In this document: one piece after another, positions 38,129 to 42,084 of the stretch
Layout: each line of letters begins with the position of its first letter
Position numbering within the stretch: the stretch's first letter is position 1
Assembly (NCBI GenBank): GCA_937921305.1
Contig: CAKZSU010000006.1
Location: 136,646 to 178,729 of the forward strand
DNA length: 42,084 nt
Direction of reading: 5' to 3'
From: an uncultured Patescibacteria group bacterium
Lineage (GTDB): Bacteria > Patescibacteriota > Microgenomatia > UBA10105 > UBA927
The notes under the pieces: generated by a model
Told to the model about the DNA's origin: nothing
The model's input: only the letters and a program-made list of their open reading frames with translations
Database searches by the model: none
Program-made: the position numbers and the translations under genes

Positions 38129-38401
38129 TTAGCGAACAATCTTTTTCAACGCTTTTCCAGCGGTGAATCCCGGCGTTTTTCTCGCAGGAATATTTATTCT
38201 TTCTCCTGTCTGAGGATTTCTCCCAGCTCGAGATTTTCTTGATCGCACCATAAATGTTCCAAACCCCGTAATAACGACTTTATCACCTTTTTTCAAAGAG
38301 TCTGTGATCGTTTGAAACATAACAGTTACCGCTTCTCTCGCAGCTTTTGCGGTAAGATTTGTTTTTTTCGCAACGACCTCAATTAGATCAGCTTTGGTCA
38401 T
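38129..38401 (-). CDS. hup: DNA-binding protein HU
   Basis: MTKADLI, GFGTF, GRNPQTGE, PGFTAGKALK. RBS AAGGAGGTGA. Confidence 0.96.
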   Translation of the reverse strand: MTKADLIEVVAKKTNLTAKAAREAVTVMFQTITDSLKKGDKVVITGFGTFMVRSRKSRAGRNPQTGERINIPARKTPGFTAGKALKKIVR

Positions 38402-38489
38402 ATCTATTTCACCTCCTTCTGGACAGAAATATATATCGCTCTATCAATCTGTGTTTATAAAAAGATTGATATATTAAGAACTATAAAGG

Positions 38490-38518
38490 AATGTAGAAAA
38501 ATTAGATTGATATGTCAA
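38490..38518 (-). promoter_or_regulatory. hup promoter
   Basis: Minus strand TTGACA, 17-nt spacer, TACATT. Confidence 0.55.
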
Positions 38519-38528
38519 GAAGGAACAA

Positions 38529-40034
38529 TCACTTTGCTGTTTCGCATACGCGAAGTTCGCGAATCACTGTGATTTTAATCGATCCTGGATAGGTAAGCTT
38601 CTTTTCGATCTCTTCTTTGATTTCGTACGCCATAATAGTTGCCGTCGCGTCATTTACCTTTCCGGGGTCAACCGCAATTCGAAGTTCTCTTCCTGCTTGG
38701 TAGGCAACCACTTCTTTCACTCCCTCGTGAGACTTTGCGATTTCCTCAAGGTCTTTCAAACGCTTCACATATTCATCATAATTTTCATATCGAGCGCCAG
38801 GACGACTGCCAGATATCGCATCGGCGATATAAACAATCATTGATTCAATCGACGTAAATGGCGTATCTTCATGATGTTGCGCCACACAATCGATAACTTT
38901 TTGTGGAATATTATACTTTTTAAGCAGTTCGACCCCAAGCTCGATATGATTTCCTTCTTTATCCATAATAACTTTCCCAATATCATGCAACAAACATCCA
39001 AGACGAACGACATTAACGTCCGCACCAATTTCTCGAGCAATCGCGATACCAATCTTCGTCTCTTCAAGAGTATGAGTAATCATATTCTGACCATAGGAAT
39101 ATCGATACTTAAATCGACCTAGCAACGCAACAATAGGTGCAGGCAAGTTGTAGACGCCAACAGCATGACACAACTTCTGTCCTTCCTCAAACATGATTCG
39201 CTCAATATCTTTTTTTACCTGCTCAACAATCTCTTCAATCCTCGCCGGTTGAATTCTGCCGTCTTTCATCAATTTTTCTAAAGCAACCCTCGCGATTTCC
39301 CGTCGAACAGGATCAAATGAAGAGAGACGAATAACCCCTTCTTCATCAAGGTCAACATCTACTCCTGTCGCCATTTCAAACGATCGAATATTTCTTCCTT
39401 CCTTTCCGATAATTCGTCCTTTTACGTCTTCATCCGGCACTTTCACAACCGACACCGTATATTCCGGCACATAGTCTGTTGCTCCATGCTTCATCGCTTC
39501 AACAAGAATTTCTCTTGCTTTATCTTCCGCTTCCTCTTTCGCCTTTGCGACAGCTTCTCGAATTTCCTTTGCAATCTCTTCTTTCAGTCTCGCTTTTACT
39601 GCTTGAAGAATTGTTTCTTTTGCTTCTTCTCTGGTGAGATTTGCGACGCGCTCCAATTTTTCAACATGTTCTTCTTTTAATCGCTCAATATCTCTTCTTG
39701 TCTGCTCTATAAGCTCCTCGATGTCTCGAAGCCTTCCCTCTTTTTCTTCTAACGCTCCCTCTTTTCGATCAATGTATTCAAGTTTTTTTCTTGCTTCTTC
39801 TTCCGCTTCTCGTCGAATACGAATCGCTTCGTCTTTTGCTTCTAAAATAATTTCTTTTGCTTTTGCTTGCGCAATTTTCATCTCAGCTTCTATGTCTAAA
39901 GAGGCAACTTTTTCCTCGGTCGCAGTAGGGATAGACCCCACAGAAGGCACTTGATGAGAAATTTTTTGGTTTTTTCTTGGAACTGGCTTTTTCGTCTTCA
40001 CCAATCCGCTTAATGTTTTTAATACATCAAACAT
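38529..40034 (-). CDS. rny: Ribonuclease Y
   Basis: Coiled coil, KH domain (KGRIIGKEGRNIR), HD domain (LLHDIGK), ADAISGSRPGAR. ATG at 40034 after AAGGAGGAG. Confidence 0.95.
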   Translation of the reverse strand: MFDVLKTLSGLVKTKKPVPRKNQKISHQVPSVGSIPTATEEKVASLDIEAEMKIAQAKAKEIILEAKDEAIRIRREAEEEARKKLEYIDRKEGALEEKEGRLRDIEELIEQTRRDIERLKEEHVEKLERVANLTREEAKETILQAVKARLKEEIAKEIREAVAKAKEEAEDKAREILVEAMKHGATDYVPEYTVSVVKVPDEDVKGRIIGKEGRNIRSFEMATGVDVDLDEEGVIRLSSFDPVRREIARVALEKLMKDGRIQPARIEEIVEQVKKDIERIMFEEGQKLCHAVGVYNLPAPIVALLGRFKYRYSYGQNMITHTLEETKIGIAIAREIGADVNVVRLGCLLHDIGKVIMDKEGNHIELGVELLKKYNIPQKVIDCVAQHHEDTPFTSIESMIVYIADAISGSRPGARYENYDEYVKRLKDLEEIAKSHEGVKEVVAYQAGRELRIAVDPGKVNDATATIMAYEIKEEIEKKLTYPGSIKITVIRELRVCETAK

Positions 40035-40208
40035 ATACTCCTCCTTTTCATTGAAGAACAAACAGAAGCATGATGCGAAGCAATAAACGGATTACGATCC
40101 GCTCGACTTTGTACGAATAGATAGAAAAGTTAAAATAACGGTAATATCTCTATGGGTACAAAATTTGTACATATGTCTGTTGTTCTTCAAAGATGCAACA
40201 ATTATCTT

Positions 40209-40742
40209 CTATGATGATTTATCTCTTTTATTGTACGGAGTTTTACACCATTCGTCAACCAAAGAAGAAATAACATGAGAAGAAAATCCTCTTCGAAGCA
40301 AAAAACCATAAACTTTCTTTCTGCACTTATCAATTGGAAGCAAACGATATTGATTTCCTCGTTTTCCTAACGCATGCCTTGCGAAAGCAATCTCGTCTTC
40401 GGCATAACAGTCTTGAAAATATTTTCTTGTATGATCGATACCATCATCATCATCATCAGAAAGACCTCTTTCACGAAGTTCACGAATAACCCGTTCAATC
40501 CCCCGCTTTTTTACGCAAACGGAAAATGAGACATATGTTTCAGCGAATTTTCTATCATCGATATATCTAAGCGATTCCAATCGATCTATAACGGAAACAA
40601 TCTGTTCATAGGATAAATGGAATTTTCGAGCTTTTGTTATTAACAATTCAAGAAGTTCTTTTTTGCTTCTACCTCGAATGGCAAGCAATCGCAACGCGTA
40701 ATGAAAAAGCTCTTGCTCAAGATCATTTTTATCATTCTTCAT
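40209..40742 (-). CDS. recX: Regulatory protein RecX
   Basis: [36 protein letters not shown]. Overlaps the recA stop. Confidence 0.88.
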   Translation of the reverse strand: MKNDKNDLEQELFHYALRLLAIRGRSKKELLELLITKARKFHLSYEQIVSVIDRLESLRYIDDRKFAETYVSFSVCVKKRGIERVIRELRERGLSDDDDDGIDHTRKYFQDCYAEDEIAFARHALGKRGNQYRLLPIDKCRKKVYGFLLRRGFSSHVISSLVDEWCKTPYNKRDKSS

Positions 40743-41781
40743 GAGCTTCAATACCTAATGAAACTTTTGCTCCGCCTCGACCAGATTTAATCATCGCCCA
40801 AATCTCGTCTGTTAATTCTTTCGCAAGTTTCGCGTTTTCTTTCAAGGCAAATTTCACTGACTCTCTTCCTTGCCCGATTGTTTGCCCTTTGTATTTAATG
40901 AATGATCCTGATTTTGTTAGAATTCCAAATTCTAACGCGACATCGATTACTCCGCCTTCTTTGCTTATGCCGTCATGCATTACATCGTATTCCGCAATCC
41001 GGAACGGAGGAGCGACTTTATTCTTCACCACGCGAATGCGATGCCTTCCGCCAATTACTTTATCTCCTTCTTTGAGGCTTTCTATTTTTCTTGCGTCAAG
41101 ACGAATGCTTGCGTAAAACTTCATCGCAAGACCTCCCGGCGTTGTCTCCGGATTACCAAACATAACGCCGATTTTTTGACGAAGTTGATTGGTAAAAATC
41201 ATAACGGTTTTTGATTTTGAAACAACAGCGGTTAATTTTCGAAGCGCCTGCGACATAAGACGCGCTTGAAGCCCGATCATGCTATCTCCCATTTCGCCCT
41301 CAATCTCCGCGCGAGGCGTTAACGCTGCAACAGAATCTACCACGATAATATCAATCCCTCCGCTTCGAATAAGCGTTTCTGCAATTTCCAACGCTTGTTC
41401 ACCTGTATCGGGTTGCGATATGAGAAGATCGTCAAGCTTTACCCCTAATGTCTGCGCCCAAACCGGATCTAACGCATGTTCGGCATCGATAAATGCCGCA
41501 ACGCCTCCTTGCTTTTGTGCTTCCGCTATACAAGAAAGACACACTGTTGTTTTTCCTGATGCTTCTGGACCATAAATTTCAATAATTCTTCCTCGCGGGA
41601 ATCCTCCAACGCCTAACGCAATATCAATTGGAAGAATACCTGTGGAAATAACCTCTAATCCCGCTCGAGACGCCTGCTCGCCAAGACGCATGATTGAACC
41701 TTTACCATACTGTTTTTCTATTTGCTCTATGGCAAGACGAATAGCTTGAAGTTTTTGCGCGTTTCCGTTATTGTCAACCAT
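40732..41781 (-). CDS. recA: Recombinase RecA
   Basis: [48 protein letters not shown]. Confidence 0.98.
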   Translation of the reverse strand: MVDNNGNAQKLQAIRLAIEQIEKQYGKGSIMRLGEQASRAGLEVISTGILPIDIALGVGGFPRGRIIEIYGPEASGKTTVCLSCIAEAQKQGGVAAFIDAEHALDPVWAQTLGVKLDDLLISQPDTGEQALEIAETLIRSGGIDIIVVDSVAALTPRAEIEGEMGDSMIGLQARLMSQALRKLTAVVSKSKTVMIFTNQLRQKIGVMFGNPETTPGGLAMKFYASIRLDARKIESLKEGDKVIGGRHRIRVVKNKVAPPFRIAEYDVMHDGISKEGGVIDVALEFGILTKSGSFIKYKGQTIGQGRESVKFALKENAKLAKELTDEIWAMIKSGRGGAKVSLGIEAHEE

Positions 41782-41873
41782 GCTTTCCTCCTCATTTCTG
41801 TATATATTTTCTTGTATTTTTTATTGCTTCATCATTACATAAAACATGCTAGAATACAAGGGAGAAGGTTCAC

Positions 41874-41950
41874 CGGGGTGTGGCGCAATTGGCGAGCGCA
41901 CACGCATGGGGTGCGTGAGGTTAGCAGTTCGAGTCTGCTCACCCCGACCA
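41874..41950 (+). tRNA. tRNA-Pro (anticodon GGG), CCA encoded
   Basis: Acceptor CGGGGTG/CACCCCG followed by ACCA, anticodon arm CACGC-ATGGGGT-GCGTG, T-loop GTTCGAGTC. Confidence 0.96.
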
Positions 41951-42084
41951 AATGCAACTTTTATCATTTCTGGGGGAAAAGGCTTGCTCGCCTCGCCTTC
42001 GGCTCGGCTCGCTTCGCAAATTTCCTTATATTTTGGGATTAAATCAAAAGGATGGACAAAATCAAAAATTATACTTCTATCCAG

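Noticed and set aside
40436-40458. (ATC)n microsatellite in recX
   Set aside because: It is an in-frame triplet run encoding poly-Asp and cannot cause frameshift phase variation.
41722-42042. 106-aa plus-strand ORF
   Set aside because: It overlaps the recA start and the whole tRNA-Pro.

Overview
Gene-dense, low-GC bacterial chromosome segment (standard genetic code, very short intergenic spaces). Gene content and protein styles suggest a Patescibacteria/CPR (Microgenomates-like) organism; this is inference, not a database result. Left end: mutY-like gene, tRNA-Gln(CTG), then a NiFe-hydrogenase small subunit and large subunit (large subunit cut off by the window edge). Housekeeping genes: era, gltX, a D-Ala-D-Ala carboxypeptidase, aspS fused to a YbaK/YeaK-like editing domain, recJ, a CCA-adding enzyme, secDF, miaA, miaB-like, hup, rny, recX, recA, RNase P RNA and tRNA-Pro(GGG). 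Centre (17.5-33.3 kb): a type IV pilus locus (major pilin, PilO, fused PilM-PilN, three minor pilins, PilC, PilB). Directly upstream on the same strand are a single-domain response regulator, a multi-TM GAF histidine kinase, and a tightly coupled three-enzyme cassette: MIO-dependent aromatic amino-acid lyase/mutase, PaaK-like acyl-CoA ligase and Rv1355c-like ThiF adenylyltransferase. This cassette is the best candidate for an undescribed system, possibly small-molecule signal synthesis and sensing linked to pilus assembly. No CRISPR array, transposase or integrase was seen.
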